A stretch of DNA of 64,000 nt from Candidatus Omnitrophota bacterium (GCA_015233115.1 JADFYJ010000011.1:17824-81823); one strand, 5' to 3'. Shown: positions 28,938-38,754, numbered from the stretch's first letter. Numbers and translations are program-made. The notes: a model not told the origin generated them from the sequence alone.

Positions 28938-30242
28938 ATGGCAAATAATGATTTAATGGATAAAATTGTTTCCCTGTGCAAACGGCGGGGATTTATATTT
29001 CAGTCTTCAGAAATTTACGGCGGTTTAGCCAATTCATGGGACTATGGTCCACTTGGCGCGGAACTCAAACGTAATGTCAAAGACGCGTGGTGGAAAGCTG
29101 TGGTCCATAACCGGGAGGACGTGGTTGGCTTGGACTCTGGCATTATCATGCACCCTAAGATTTGGGATGCGTCTGGTCATACTCAGAACTTTAATGATGT
29201 CCTGGTTGACTGTCGCAAATGTAAAGGTCGTTTCCGGGTTGATCATATTAAGGGAAAGTGTCCTAATTGTGGGTCGCATGATTTTACAGAAGGACGCGCT
29301 TTTAATTTGATGTTCAAAACTCAATTGGGTCCGGTCGACGATGGGTCTAATACTGCTTATCTCCGTCCTGAAACTGCGCAAGGGATCTTTGTTAATTTTA
29401 TTAACGTTGTAGATGCCACTCACCGAAAATTACCTTTTGGAATTGCCCAGATCGGAAAATCTTTCCGCAATGAAGTCACTGCCGGTAATTTTACTTTCCG
29501 GATGCGTGAATTTGAACAAATGGAAATTGAATATTTTACCGATCCCGAAAAAGCTGATGAATGTTTTGCGAATTGGATTAAGGAACGATTTCAGTGGTAT
29601 GTAGATTTAGGAATGAAAAAAGAAAATTTGCGTTTAAGGCCGCATGGTGCTGATGAATTAGCGCATTATGCGAAAGGCTGTCAGGATGTGGAATACTTAT
29701 TTCCTTTTGGCTGGTCTGAGATTGAAGGCATTGCGCATCGCGGAGATTTTGATTTGAAACAACACACTCAATTTTCCGGGCAAGATTTGCAATTTCATGA
29801 TCAGGTAAATAACCGTAGATTTTTCCCATATGTCATCGAACCCTCCGGCGGTGTAGATCGAGGGTTATTGGCCTTTTTGGTCGACGCGTATCATGAAGAA
29901 CAGGTGAAAGAGGATACCCGGGTCGTTTTAAAATTAAGCCGGGCTCTGGCGCCTATTAAAGTCGCGTTTTTACCATTGTTAAAGAAAAACGGCGATATTG
30001 TGGCTTTAGCTAAAAAACTGAAAAAAGATCTTCAAAATCATTTTATGTGCGTGTACGATGATTCTGCGGCCATTGGAAAATTATATAGAAGACAGGATGA
30101 AGTCGGGACATTATACTGCGTAACTGTCGACGTGCAGTCATTGGAAGATCATCAGGTCACTGTGCGTGACCGCGATACCATGCAACAGGAGCGGATCAGC
30201 TTGGATTCGCTGAAAGATTATTTATTAAAAAAAATTTTGTAA
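28938..30242 (+). CDS. glyQS: glycine--tRNA ligase, homodimeric class II type
   Basis: The N-terminus is IVSLCKRRGFIFQSSEIYGG. Class II motifs and a C-terminal anticodon-binding domain are present. Confidence 0.88.
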   Translation: MANNDLMDKIVSLCKRRGFIFQSSEIYGGLANSWDYGPLGAELKRNVKDAWWKAVVHNREDVVGLDSGIIMHPKIWDASGHTQNFNDVLVDCRKCKGRFRVDHIKGKCPNCGSHDFTEGRAFNLMFKTQLGPVDDGSNTAYLRPETAQGIFVNFINVVDATHRKLPFGIAQIGKSFRNEVTAGNFTFRMREFEQMEIEYFTDPEKADECFANWIKERFQWYVDLGMKKENLRLRPHGADELAHYAKGCQDVEYLFPFGWSEIEGIAHRGDFDLKQHTQFSGQDLQFHDQVNNRRFFPYVIEPSGGVDRGLLAFLVDAYHEEQVKEDTRVVLKLSRALAPIKVAFLPLLKKNGDIVALAKKLKKDLQNHFMCVYDDSAAIGKLYRRQDEVGTLYCVTVDVQSLEDHQVTVRDRDTMQQERISLDSLKDYLLKKIL

Positions 30243-30281
30243 ATGAACGTCTAAAAGCAAAATCGTTTTTTATAAAAATCA

Positions 30282-30322
30282 ATAACCATGAACCAAAAAC
30301 CAAAAACCATCAACCAACAAAA
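30282..30322. repeat. tandem heptamer array, TGGTTTT/TGGTTGA family (reverse orientation)
   Basis: The sequence ataaccatgaaccaaaaaccaaaaaccatcaaccaacaaaa lies upstream of ppdK. Confidence 0.7.
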
Positions 30323-30349
30323 ATTATTTTATAACAGAAAGAGGGTTTT

Positions 30350-33028
30350 ATGAAGTACGTGTATTATTTTGGGGGCGGCACTGCTGAAGGCCGCGGAGAC
30401 ATGAAAGAACTTCTCGGCGGAAAAGGCGCTAATCTGGCGGATATGTCCTCGATTGGTATTCCGGTTCCTCCTGGTTTTACCATTTCCACAGAAGTTTGCG
30501 GTTATTATTATACTCACGGCAATGTTAAGCCGCCAGAGTTGGCTCAGCAGATTGAAGAGAACATCACCAAGCTGGAACATGAGCTTGGTAAAAAATTCGG
30601 CGATAAAGAAAATCCGCTTTTAGTTTCCGTCCGCAGCGGCGCTGCTGTTTCCATGCCGGGTATGATGGATACAGTTTTAAATTTAGGGATTAATGATGAT
30701 GTCGTTATCGGTTTGATTGCTAAAACCGGAAATGAACGTATGGCGTGGGATTCATACCGCCGTTTCATTAATATGTTCGGTGATGTGTGTATGGGCGTTC
30801 ATCATGATCATTTCGAAGAAGCGATGACTAAGATTAAAAATAAGTATAAGAGGAAGGTTGATACAGATTTAACCGTGGCTGAATTAAAAGAAGTGGTGGC
30901 CGCTTATAAGCAAGTTTATAAAAAGAACGTAGGGAGTGAGTTCCCAACTGACGCCCGCGTCCAATTGGAACATTCTATTAATGCTGTCATCAATTCCTGG
31001 AATTCTGACCGCGCGATTGCTTACCGTCAAATTAATAAAGTCCAAGAATTAAAAGGGACAGCCGTCAACGTTCAAGCGATGGTATTCGGAAACATGGGTG
31101 AAACATCCGGGACTGGTGTAGCCTTTACCCGCAACCCTGCCGATGGTACCAATGAATTTTACGGTGAATATTTAATCAATGCGCAAGGCGAAGACGTGGT
31201 CGCAGGTATCCGTACTCCGCTACCAATCTCTGCGTTGAAAAAAGAAATGCCGGCTATTTATGACCAATTAAATGAGATCCGCCTCAAGTTAGAACGTCAT
31301 TACAAAGATATGCAGGATGTAGAGTTTACTATTCAAGAAGGTAAATTGTACATGTTGCAAACCCGTAATGGTAAACGTACTGGTTTAGCTGCGGTAAAAG
31401 TGGCTGTAGATTTAGTTAACGAAGGTATGATCGACGAGAAAACTGCCATCAAACGTATCGACGGCAATCATTTGAACCAATTACTTTTCCCGATTTTCGA
31501 TTTGAAAGCGAAAGCCGCCGCGGTAGCCGCTAAGAAGACTTTAGCTAAAGGTCTTCCTGCTGGTCCGGGAGCTGCTTCAGGCCATGTGGTTTTCTCAGCT
31601 GAAGATGCTGTGAAATGGGCGAAAAAAGGTAAAAAAGTCATTTTAGTCCGCCGCGAAACTTCTCCGGAAGACGTAAGCGGTATGTGGGCAGCAGTCGCGA
31701 TTTTAACATCTACCGGAGGTATGACTTCTCACGCGGCTGTCGTGGCTCGCGGTTGGGGAAAATGCTGCGTAGTAGGCTGTAGTGCTTTGGATATTGATTA
31801 CAAAAAAAGGTTAATGAAAGTCGGAAACAAGACCGTCAAAGAAGGCGATTATATTTCTATTGAGGGCGCTACCGGCGAAATTATTTTGGGAGATATTAAA
31901 ACTGCCGAATCCCCGGTTATTTCCGGCGTGGTCAAAGGAAATAAAGCCGCTTTAAAACATCCGATTTGTCAGATGTTCATGGCTGTGATGGCTTGGTCAG
32001 ATAAATTCCGTCAAATTGGTGTTCGTACGAACGCGGATACTCCGAATGATGCGATTATCGCCCGTGCTTTAGGCGCGCAAGGTATTGGACTTTGTCGTAC
32101 AGAACATATGTTCTTTGAAGGCGACCGTATTTGGGCTAAACGCGAAATGATTCTCGCGGATAACGTGGCTGATCGTGAAAAAGCTTTGAAGAAGTTATTA
32201 CCTTTACAGCGTAAGGATTTCGAAGGTATATTCAAGGCCATGGACGGATATGCAGTAACTATTCGTTTATTAGATCCGCCATTACATGAGTTCTTACCTC
32301 ACGATGCTAAAGGCCAGGCGGAAATGGCAAAACGTTTAAAGACGACTGTCGCTAATGTTAAAGCTAAAGTTGACAGCTTACATGAGATGAACCCGATGTT
32401 AGGTCATCGCGGCTGCCGTTTATCGATTACTTATCCGGAAATTTGCACCATGCAAACTACGGCTATTATCGAAGCAGCTTGTAATATGTCCGCTAAAGGC
32501 GTGAAAGTTTATCCGGAAATTATGGTTCCTTTGATTGGAACTAAAGAAGAGTTTGATATTCTCGATGTTTTGATCCGTAAAACCGCCGAAGAAATTATGG
32601 CTAAAAAAGGTCAAAAAATCGCTTATAAAGTTGGAACCATGATTGAAATTCCTCGCGCAGCTTTGATTGCTGATAAAGTGGCTCAAACCGCGGAATTTTT
32701 CTCATTTGGAACCAATGATTTAACTCAAATGACTTTCGGTTACAGCCGTGACGATATCGCGACTTTCTTACCGGATTATTTGAATAAGAAAATTCTGAGA
32801 GACGATCCTTTCGCGACGATTGACCAGGTCGGTGTTGGTCAATTAGTTAAGATGGGTGTTGAACGCGGCCGCTCTACAAAGCCAGATTTAAAATGCGGCG
32901 TATGCGGCGAGCATGGCGGCGATCAAGAATCAGTCAAATTTTTTGCCAAGGCTGGTTTGAACTACGTGAGCTGTTCACCGTTCCGTGTTCCGATTGCCCG
33001 TTTAGCTGGCGCGCAGGCAGCAATATAA
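30350..33028 (+). CDS. ppdK: pyruvate, phosphate dikinase
   Basis: 892 aa. The N-terminus is MKYVYYFGGG...LLGGKGANLADM. The central phosphohistidine domain (GGMTSHAAVVARGWGKCCVVGC) and a C-terminal PEP-utilising TIM barrel are present. Confidence 0.93.
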   Translation: MKYVYYFGGGTAEGRGDMKELLGGKGANLADMSSIGIPVPPGFTISTEVCGYYYTHGNVKPPELAQQIEENITKLEHELGKKFGDKENPLLVSVRSGAAVSMPGMMDTVLNLGINDDVVIGLIAKTGNERMAWDSYRRFINMFGDVCMGVHHDHFEEAMTKIKNKYKRKVDTDLTVAELKEVVAAYKQVYKKNVGSEFPTDARVQLEHSINAVINSWNSDRAIAYRQINKVQELKGTAVNVQAMVFGNMGETSGTGVAFTRNPADGTNEFYGEYLINAQGEDVVAGIRTPLPISALKKEMPAIYDQLNEIRLKLERHYKDMQDVEFTIQEGKLYMLQTRNGKRTGLAAVKVAVDLVNEGMIDEKTAIKRIDGNHLNQLLFPIFDLKAKAAAVAAKKTLAKGLPAGPGAASGHVVFSAEDAVKWAKKGKKVILVRRETSPEDVSGMWAAVAILTSTGGMTSHAAVVARGWGKCCVVGCSALDIDYKKRLMKVGNKTVKEGDYISIEGATGEIILGDIKTAESPVISGVVKGNKAALKHPICQMFMAVMAWSDKFRQIGVRTNADTPNDAIIARALGAQGIGLCRTEHMFFEGDRIWAKREMILADNVADREKALKKLLPLQRKDFEGIFKAMDGYAVTIRLLDPPLHEFLPHDAKGQAEMAKRLKTTVANVKAKVDSLHEMNPMLGHRGCRLSITYPEICTMQTTAIIEAACNMSAKGVKVYPEIMVPLIGTKEEFDILDVLIRKTAEEIMAKKGQKIAYKVGTMIEIPRAALIADKVAQTAEFFSFGTNDLTQMTFGYSRDDIATFLPDYLNKKILRDDPFATIDQVGVGQLVKMGVERGRSTKPDLKCGVCGEHGGDQESVKFFAKAGLNYVSCSPFRVPIARLAGAQAAI

Positions 33029-33034
33029 AAAAAC

Positions 33035-33350
33035 GTAACAGTATGACAGTGTAACAATGTGACAGTGAAAAAGCGGTTGATGGGAAAACGATTGATGTAA
33101 AGAAAAGCGAATGATAAAAAAGACTTTTGGTAAAAAATCTTTTAAACAATGACCAAAAGTTTAAATATTTGAATATTTACTGGTGATCATTTTTAATTCG
33201 AAATTTGTTTTTTGTCAGCCATTTTTTCACTGTTTCATTGTTGCCTGTTCATTTATTTTTTTGTTAACCAATGTTTGTCATTTGTGTTTTACCTGTTGTT
33301 TTTTTGTTTTTTGCATTGTCACATTGTTCCACTGTTACATTGTCACATTT
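33035..33350. repeat. inverted pair of GTAACAG/GTGACAG heptamer arrays (33035-33068 and a degenerate reverse-complement tract ending 33314-33350) spanning the ppdK-sigma intergenic region
   Basis: The left arm is gtaacagtatgacagtgtaacaatgtgacagtg. The right arm is attgtcacattgttccactgttacattgtcacatt. Confidence 0.7.
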
Positions 33351-33366
33351 ACTTTTAGGATAAATA

Positions 33367-34182
33367 ATGGATCCCGTAAAAGCTTACCTTAAAGATGTTC
33401 GTCCCATACAGCTCTTAACTGCAGAGCAGGAGATTGAACTATCTAATCGGGTGCATAAGGGTGATCAAGAAGCCCGGAATATTATGATCCGGGCTAATTT
33501 GCGTTTGGTCATCAGCATTGCCAAGCGTTATATTAATTTGGGTGTTCCGTTAAGTGATTTGATTGAGGAAGGCAACATCGGCCTCATGAAAAGCGTAGAG
33601 AAATTTGATCCTGCTAGAGGATATCGTTTTTCGACTTATGCGGCATGGTGGATTAAACAAGGCATATCCCGGGGCATCATTGATCAAGGAAAGATGATTC
33701 GCGTTCCGGTTTATATGAATGAAGAAATCCTCAAGTATAAAAAAGCTATCGAAAAATTAACTCATAAGTTGAAACGAGAGCCCTCTCAAGCGGAAATTGC
33801 CAAAAAATTAAAAATTTCAGTTGATCGGGTTCGTGAATTAGATATGTCTATTGCTAAAATGTCCAGTTTGGACGCGCCAATCGGAGAAGATGGTGAAGGG
33901 CAAGTTATTGATATTATTGAAGATGAGAATGTAGCTGCTCCAGATGAAGAATTAGAAACATTTTTGAATAAAGAGCGAACCGTTGAGTTTTTAGAGACTT
34001 TAACTGATCGGGAAAAGAAAATTTTAGATTTGCGGTTTGGTTTAACTGACGGTGAGCAGAGAACTTTGGCGGAAATCGCGAAAATTATGGGAGTTTCCCG
34101 TGAGCGGGTACGCCAGATTGAGGCCGCGACTCTGAAAAAAATTAAAGGAATTGTCGAAGATCAGCGGAAAGAAGAAGAATAG
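33367..34182 (+). CDS. RNA polymerase sigma factor, sigma-70 (RpoD/SigA) family, short form lacking region 1.1
   Basis: Region 2 (DLIEEGNIGLMKSVEKFDPARGYRFSTYAAWWIKQ) and a region 4 HTH (RTLAEIAKIMGVSRERVRQIEAATLKKIK) are present. Confidence 0.85.
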   Translation: MDPVKAYLKDVRPIQLLTAEQEIELSNRVHKGDQEARNIMIRANLRLVISIAKRYINLGVPLSDLIEEGNIGLMKSVEKFDPARGYRFSTYAAWWIKQGISRGIIDQGKMIRVPVYMNEEILKYKKAIEKLTHKLKREPSQAEIAKKLKISVDRVRELDMSIAKMSSLDAPIGEDGEGQVIDIIEDENVAAPDEELETFLNKERTVEFLETLTDREKKILDLRFGLTDGEQRTLAEIAKIMGVSRERVRQIEAATLKKIKGIVEDQRKEEE

Positions 34183-34193
34183 ACCCTGAACCA

Positions 34194-34262
34194 CATGGGG
34201 TTCAGGGCCATGAACCCACCGTGGTTCATGGAAAAGCGATGGTTCGACAAGTTCACCACAAG
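34194..34262 (+). promoter_or_regulatory. array of three consecutive stem-loops downstream of the sigma factor gene
   Basis: The first is CCCTGAACC-acatgg-GGTTCAGGG. The second is CCATGAACC-caccgt-GGTTCATGG, a compensatory variant of the first. The third is TCACCA-caagt-TGGTGA. Confidence 0.55.
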
Positions 34263-34276
34263 TTGGTGAGAAAAAC

Positions 34277-34307
34277 GTAGGGGCAATCATGAATTGCCCT
34301 TTTTTTG
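34277..34307 (+). terminator. rho-independent terminator (diverged REP-like hairpin)
   Basis: The sequence gtaGGGGCAATcatgaATTGCCCttttttt. Confidence 0.75.
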
Positions 34308-34331
34308 TAAATTAACACAAAGGAGTTGATT

Positions 34332-34865
34332 ATGCCAAAGAATGTGACGCAGAAGAATTTACCTTCTTATATTCGCGATATTCCGGATTTTCCTAAAAAG
34401 GGAATTATTTTTAAGGATATTACTACTCTTTTAAAGGATCAGGCTGCATTTAAAAAGGTCATTGACCTTTTAGCTAAAAAATATAAAAATACTAAAATTG
34501 ATTATGTGGTAGCGGTTGAATCGCGTGGTTTTATCTTTGGAGCGCCTTTGGCTTATAAATTGGGCGTTGGGTTTATTCCAGTCAGGAAAAAGGGCAAGCT
34601 TCCCTATAAGACTAAAAGCGTCACCTATGAGCTGGAGTACGGTTCTGATACCTTGGAAATACACGAAGATGCGGTAAAAGCCGGAGTTAGAGTGTTGTTG
34701 GTAGATGATCTTTTAGCCACAGGCGGAACGATCAAAGCCGTAGTGGACCTTCTTAAAGAACAAAAAGCCAAAGTAGTTGGACTGGCTTTCTTAGTAGAAT
34801 TAGGCTTCCTAAACGGCAGAAATAAGCTTAAAGGCCTGCCGATTGAAGCGCTGATTCGATATTAA
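34332..34865 (+). CDS. apt: adenine phosphoribosyltransferase
   Basis: It has a PRPP-binding motif (VLLVDDLLATGGT). AGGAG lies 7 nt before ATG 34332. Confidence 0.9.
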   Translation: MPKNVTQKNLPSYIRDIPDFPKKGIIFKDITTLLKDQAAFKKVIDLLAKKYKNTKIDYVVAVESRGFIFGAPLAYKLGVGFIPVRKKGKLPYKTKSVTYELEYGSDTLEIHEDAVKAGVRVLLVDDLLATGGTIKAVVDLLKEQKAKVVGLAFLVELGFLNGRNKLKGLPIEALIRY

Positions 34866-34873
34866 AAATAATA

Positions 34874-34999
34874 GAGTAACAGAGTAACAAAGTAACAATG
34901 TGACAGAGTGAAAAGCTTTAAAAACCAACCAAAAGCATTTTTTTGTTTTAGATTTTTGTTTTTTCTCTGTTACTTTGTTACTTTGTCACTCTGTCACTT
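34874..34999. repeat. inverted pair of AGTAACA heptamer arrays (34874-34910 and 34964-34999) between apt and tRNA-Arg
   Basis: The left arm is agagtaacagagtaacaaagtaacaatgtgacagagtg. The right arm is tctctgttactttgttactttgtcactctgtcac. Confidence 0.8.
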
Positions 35000-35007
35000 T
35001 TTTCGTT

Positions 35008-35080
35008 GCGCCTATAGCTCATATGGATAGAGCGCGGCCCTCCTAAGGCTGATAGGGTGGTTCGAGTCCACCTAGGCGCA
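35008..35080 (+). tRNA. tRNA-Arg (anticodon CCT)
   Basis: A 73-nt cloverleaf. The acceptor stem is GCGCCTA/TAGGCGC, the anticodon loop is CUCCUAA and the T arm is GGTGG-TTCGAGT-CCACC. No CCA is encoded. Confidence 0.9.
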
Positions 35081-35182
35081 TTTTTTATCCGAATTTCATG
35101 ATAATTTAGTAAAATTTTAATATTTAGCGATTGTTCGACGTGCGGATGGGCCTTTAGGCCAACAAATTTTTAAAAAAATCTT

Positions 35183-35211
35183 TGACATAAATGGGCTTGT
35201 ATGTAAAAATA
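35183..35211 (+). promoter_or_regulatory. candidate sigma70 promoter (TTGACA, 17-nt spacer, AAAAAT/ATATAC) with a leader of about 185 nt upstream of the OMP gene
   Basis: It was identified as a sequence motif only. Confidence 0.3.
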
Positions 35212-35396
35212 TACCCATCTAAGAATTTACTAAACCCAGTGGTGATTTCAATCTGACAAAGAAAGGGGGGATGTTAAACTTGAATGTCAGAAATCATCGA
35301 GAAAAACTGGTTGGGAAAGTAAGTGTCTAGGCCAGTTATATATCCTAGTTTCATATAGATACATAAATTATTCATACTTTTTGGGAGGAGATTAAA

Positions 35397-36767
35397 ATGA
35401 GAAAATTTTTATTAGCTTTGGCAGTGGTTGCGGTTGCAGCTATGCCGGCATTTGCTAGCGTTCAGAATTTGAAAGTTAGCGGAAACATCGATTCATCTTA
35501 TGTTTCAAGAACAAATTTTGATTTTGGTGTTGGAAGTAACCAAGGGAATTTAAAACAAAGCTTTTTCATGACCCAAGCTGATGTTAAGTTTGACGCAGAT
35601 CTTACTGACAATGTCAGCACGACTGTTGATTTAATCAATGAAAGAGTTTGGGGACAAGATCAAACAGCAGAAAACGGACAAGTAGATGTCAATTTAGCAT
35701 ATGTCACATTACGTGAAATGCTTTATTCTCCGTTAACTGTAGTGGTTGGTCGTCAACAATTTTCTTTTGGAAACAATTTGATCGTGTCTTCAGGTGGAAC
35801 AAATATTGCAAACGATAGCGGTATCAGAAATGTGGCTAATGATCTTTCTAAGCAACATGGTTTTGATGCCATCCGCGCGATTTTGGATTATAATCCTTTA
35901 ACAATCCAAGTTTTTGCGGCTAAAATTACCAAGAATAATGCTAGCGTTACCGCTTATTCTGAAAATAATGATTTAGATAGGGATCTCTTCGGCACGGATG
36001 CAACTTATGCCTTCGGAGATAAGATGAATTCACAAGTAGAAGGTTATTTCTTTGGGTTAAATGATAAAACGGGTAATGGAAATGCAGGTTCCAAGACTAA
36101 TGGAACTTATACACCTGGTATCCGCGTGAGTATGAATCCTATTGAAAGATTGAATGTGCAAGCAGAATATGCACACCAATTCGGCACATATTCAACTGGT
36201 ACAAATGATAACAGAACTCGTAATGCTAACGCAGCACAGTTCTTAGCCAGCTATAAAATTCCAGTTTTGGAAAAGTATGCGCCTGTAGCTAAATACGCCT
36301 TTACTTATGTTTCAGGAGACGTAAATGGTACTTCAGGTTCAACAGCTAATTATTATACTGGTTGGAATGCTATGTTTGAAGATCAAGGTTACCTCAATGG
36401 ATATTCTAAAATTTACAATGCCATGTTTGGTTTGTCTAATTTAGTTATTCATGAAGTTTCATTTGAAGCAAAACCGATGCAGGATATTACTACGTCTGTC
36501 GGTTGGTCAGGATTATGGTTATCTACACCGTATGATTCTTTGGCTGGATCATTTAGAACCATGTCAGGAACTTACGCAACGTATAACATGAATCCTAATA
36601 AGTCATTTTTAGGAAATGAATTCGATGGTACCATAACCTATGCTTACACAGAAGATGTTAAGATTGGTTCTACTATCGGCATGTTCGTTCCTGGAAAAGC
36701 ATTTGCTAATGCTAACAACGATGACAATGCTGTACAAGCAATGGTTAACATGAACGTTGCTTTCTAA
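35397..36767 (+). CDS. outer-membrane beta-barrel protein (porin-like)
   Basis: It has a signal peptide (MRKFLLALAVVAVAAMPAFA) and alternating amphipathic beta-strand composition that is aromatic-rich. The C-terminus ends in ...NVAF. GGGAGGAG RBS is present. Confidence 0.7.
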   Translation: MRKFLLALAVVAVAAMPAFASVQNLKVSGNIDSSYVSRTNFDFGVGSNQGNLKQSFFMTQADVKFDADLTDNVSTTVDLINERVWGQDQTAENGQVDVNLAYVTLREMLYSPLTVVVGRQQFSFGNNLIVSSGGTNIANDSGIRNVANDLSKQHGFDAIRAILDYNPLTIQVFAAKITKNNASVTAYSENNDLDRDLFGTDATYAFGDKMNSQVEGYFFGLNDKTGNGNAGSKTNGTYTPGIRVSMNPIERLNVQAEYAHQFGTYSTGTNDNRTRNANAAQFLASYKIPVLEKYAPVAKYAFTYVSGDVNGTSGSTANYYTGWNAMFEDQGYLNGYSKIYNAMFGLSNLVIHEVSFEAKPMQDITTSVGWSGLWLSTPYDSLAGSFRTMSGTYATYNMNPNKSFLGNEFDGTITYAYTEDVKIGSTIGMFVPGKAFANANNDDNAVQAMVNMNVAF

Positions 36768-36790
36768 TTCGTTGAATTAGAATAAGTTTT

Positions 36791-36823
36791 AACCCTGTAC
36801 CGCCCTGGTACAGGGTTTTTTAT
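36791..36823 (+). terminator. rho-independent terminator
   Basis: The sequence AACCCTGTACC-gcc-CTGGTACAGGGTT is followed by TTTTTAT. Confidence 0.85.
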
Positions 36824-37039
36824 TTATCGTATATTTTTCCTCGTCCCTGCCTGCTGGTAGTCCGGAATCTTCCAAATTTTTAAAAAAATAATTCAGATTT
36901 TTATTTTCAATATAAAAGAATTTGTTATTATACTTTTAACACTTCATAAGCTCTGAGACATAAATTCTAGTTCGTGTCGCTGTTTAAAAAAGTGGGGGCT
37001 CTTGCACATTTCTTTCATTCGTAATTTTAGGAGTTATGT

Positions 37040-37630
37040 ATGGATAAAGATGAGATTTATGATCATCTGGCGCAGGTGTATTTGGGGAAGCGAAAGAATT
37101 CTGCGCAGAACAATCGTCGACAAAAACGTGAATTTGGCGCGTGGCTTTTAATAAATATTCTCATTACGGTATTGATATTTTCCGGTGTGTTTTATGGCTT
37201 GACAGCGTTTTTGGCCAACCGGGATCTTAAAAGCAATGTGGTTTATTTTTTGCATAACGGCTCGATTCGTCTGGCCTATGATTTTACTAATCCCGTCGTG
37301 CCGAGTCAGATATTCACGCTTAATGTGCGGGGGGTCGACGCCAACAAATTTGGAAGTTTAAAATTTTCGGTTCGGGCGAAAGAAGGCCGTCCGGGGATTG
37401 TAAAAGTTGTAGTGCACAACGAGCGCGGTGAAGAGGCTTACTATTACGTCCAAAGTGTCGGTGCTAAATGGCAGGAAGAAACTATTCCGTTAAGTCAGTT
37501 CCGTACCATTTCTGATTGGTCGACGCTGAAAAATGTTTCCTTTGTGCTGGAATCATGGAATGTCGACGATAAAAGAGGGTCAGTATTAATTGATAATTTA
37601 TGTTTTTCTGATGCAAATAATAATTCGTAA
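37040..37630 (+). CDS. membrane-anchored protein with C-terminal beta-sandwich (carbohydrate-binding-module-like) domain
   Basis: It has a basic cytoplasmic N-terminus, one TM helix and then a CBM-like domain ending VLIDNLCFSD. Confidence 0.4.
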   Translation: MDKDEIYDHLAQVYLGKRKNSAQNNRRQKREFGAWLLINILITVLIFSGVFYGLTAFLANRDLKSNVVYFLHNGSIRLAYDFTNPVVPSQIFTLNVRGVDANKFGSLKFSVRAKEGRPGIVKVVVHNERGEEAYYYVQSVGAKWQEETIPLSQFRTISDWSTLKNVSFVLESWNVDDKRGSVLIDNLCFSDANNNS

Positions 37631-37661
37631 TTTATGATAATTCATTAATCAGGGGGGAATA

Positions 37662-38744
37662 ATGAAAATCATTTCGATAGCAAATCAAAAGGGTGGGTGT
37701 GGTAAAACGACCACAGCCATAAATCTCGCTTCAGCACTTAGTGATAACGGCAAAAAAGTTTTGCTGCTTGATCTGGATCCGCAGGCGCATGCTTCACTGG
37801 GTTTAAACATTCAAAGCCGCGACAGCATTTATAATGTCATTTCGAATTTGACGCCGCGAAAAATGGCGCTCCGCGATATTATTCAGAGTGTGGAGGGAAA
37901 GTTTGACATTGTTCCGTCAAATATTTTAGTGGGAACGCTTGAGCAAGAATTAGCGGATGAAATCGGCCGTGAGCTCAAACTCAAAGAAGTGTTGAATTCG
38001 ATCAAAGATGAATATGATTATATTTTAATTGACTGCGCACCGAGTTTAGGAATTCTGACGGTCAATTCGATCCGGGCGAGCGATGAACTCATTCTTCCTG
38101 TTGAGACCAGCCGTTTCGCGATGCAGGGTGTTGAGCATTTGACGGATATTGTCAATTTGATCAAGGAACGCCTTAATCATTCGGTGGATTGCAAAATTTT
38201 GATTACGATGTTTGATTCCCGCTTGCGTCATTCTTTCTCGATGTTGAAAATTTTCCGCGATAAATATCAGGAAATGTTGTTTGACACGATAGTTCACACG
38301 AATGTGAAATTAAAGGAATCCGCTGTGGTGGGGCAGACTGTTGTGACATTTGATAAATATTGCCGCGGGGCCAAAGATTATCAGGCACTGGCAAAAGAAA
38401 TGATTATGTTGTCAGGCCAGTCCAAAGGCCCGGAAGTGTTCTCCAGCCACATGCGCGAAGTGATCCGCCGTGAAATGCAGGATTGTTTGATGGCGAAATT
38501 TAGAGTTGAAGCGCCAGGGGCCAAGACCGTTTATTTAACCGGCAGTTTTAATGACTGGACGATTGACGAGAATTTTAGAATGCGCAAGGAAAACGGGGAA
38601 TGGGATATCCAAGTACCGTTAAAACCAGGCCGTTATAAATATCAATTCGTGGTTGATGGCGTATGGAAAGCAGATCCGATTAATGTTCAGCAGGAACGCA
38701 ATTCGTTCGGGGATGTCAATTCCGTCGTAGAAATAAATGGTTAG
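37662..38744 (+). CDS. ParA/MinD-family ATPase fused to a C-terminal AMPK-beta/CBM48-type glycogen-binding domain
   Basis: It has a deviant Walker A (ANQKGGCGKTTTAINLA) and a ParA fold. The C-terminal roughly 90 aa (TVYLTGSFNDWTIDENFRMRKENGEWDIQVPLKPGRYKYQFVVDGVW) match the CBM48 or E-set glycogen-binding domain. Confidence 0.75.
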   Translation: MKIISIANQKGGCGKTTTAINLASALSDNGKKVLLLDLDPQAHASLGLNIQSRDSIYNVISNLTPRKMALRDIIQSVEGKFDIVPSNILVGTLEQELADEIGRELKLKEVLNSIKDEYDYILIDCAPSLGILTVNSIRASDELILPVETSRFAMQGVEHLTDIVNLIKERLNHSVDCKILITMFDSRLRHSFSMLKIFRDKYQEMLFDTIVHTNVKLKESAVVGQTVVTFDKYCRGAKDYQALAKEMIMLSGQSKGPEVFSSHMREVIRREMQDCLMAKFRVEAPGAKTVYLTGSFNDWTIDENFRMRKENGEWDIQVPLKPGRYKYQFVVDGVWKADPINVQQERNSFGDVNSVVEING

Positions 38745-38754
38745 GGGATGATTT

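Noticed and set aside
35100-35396. The long 5' region upstream of the OMP gene, including the GGCCTTTAGGCC palindrome, as an ncRNA or riboswitch.
   Set aside because: No recognisable conserved RNA motif is present. I reported it only as a candidate promoter plus long leader.
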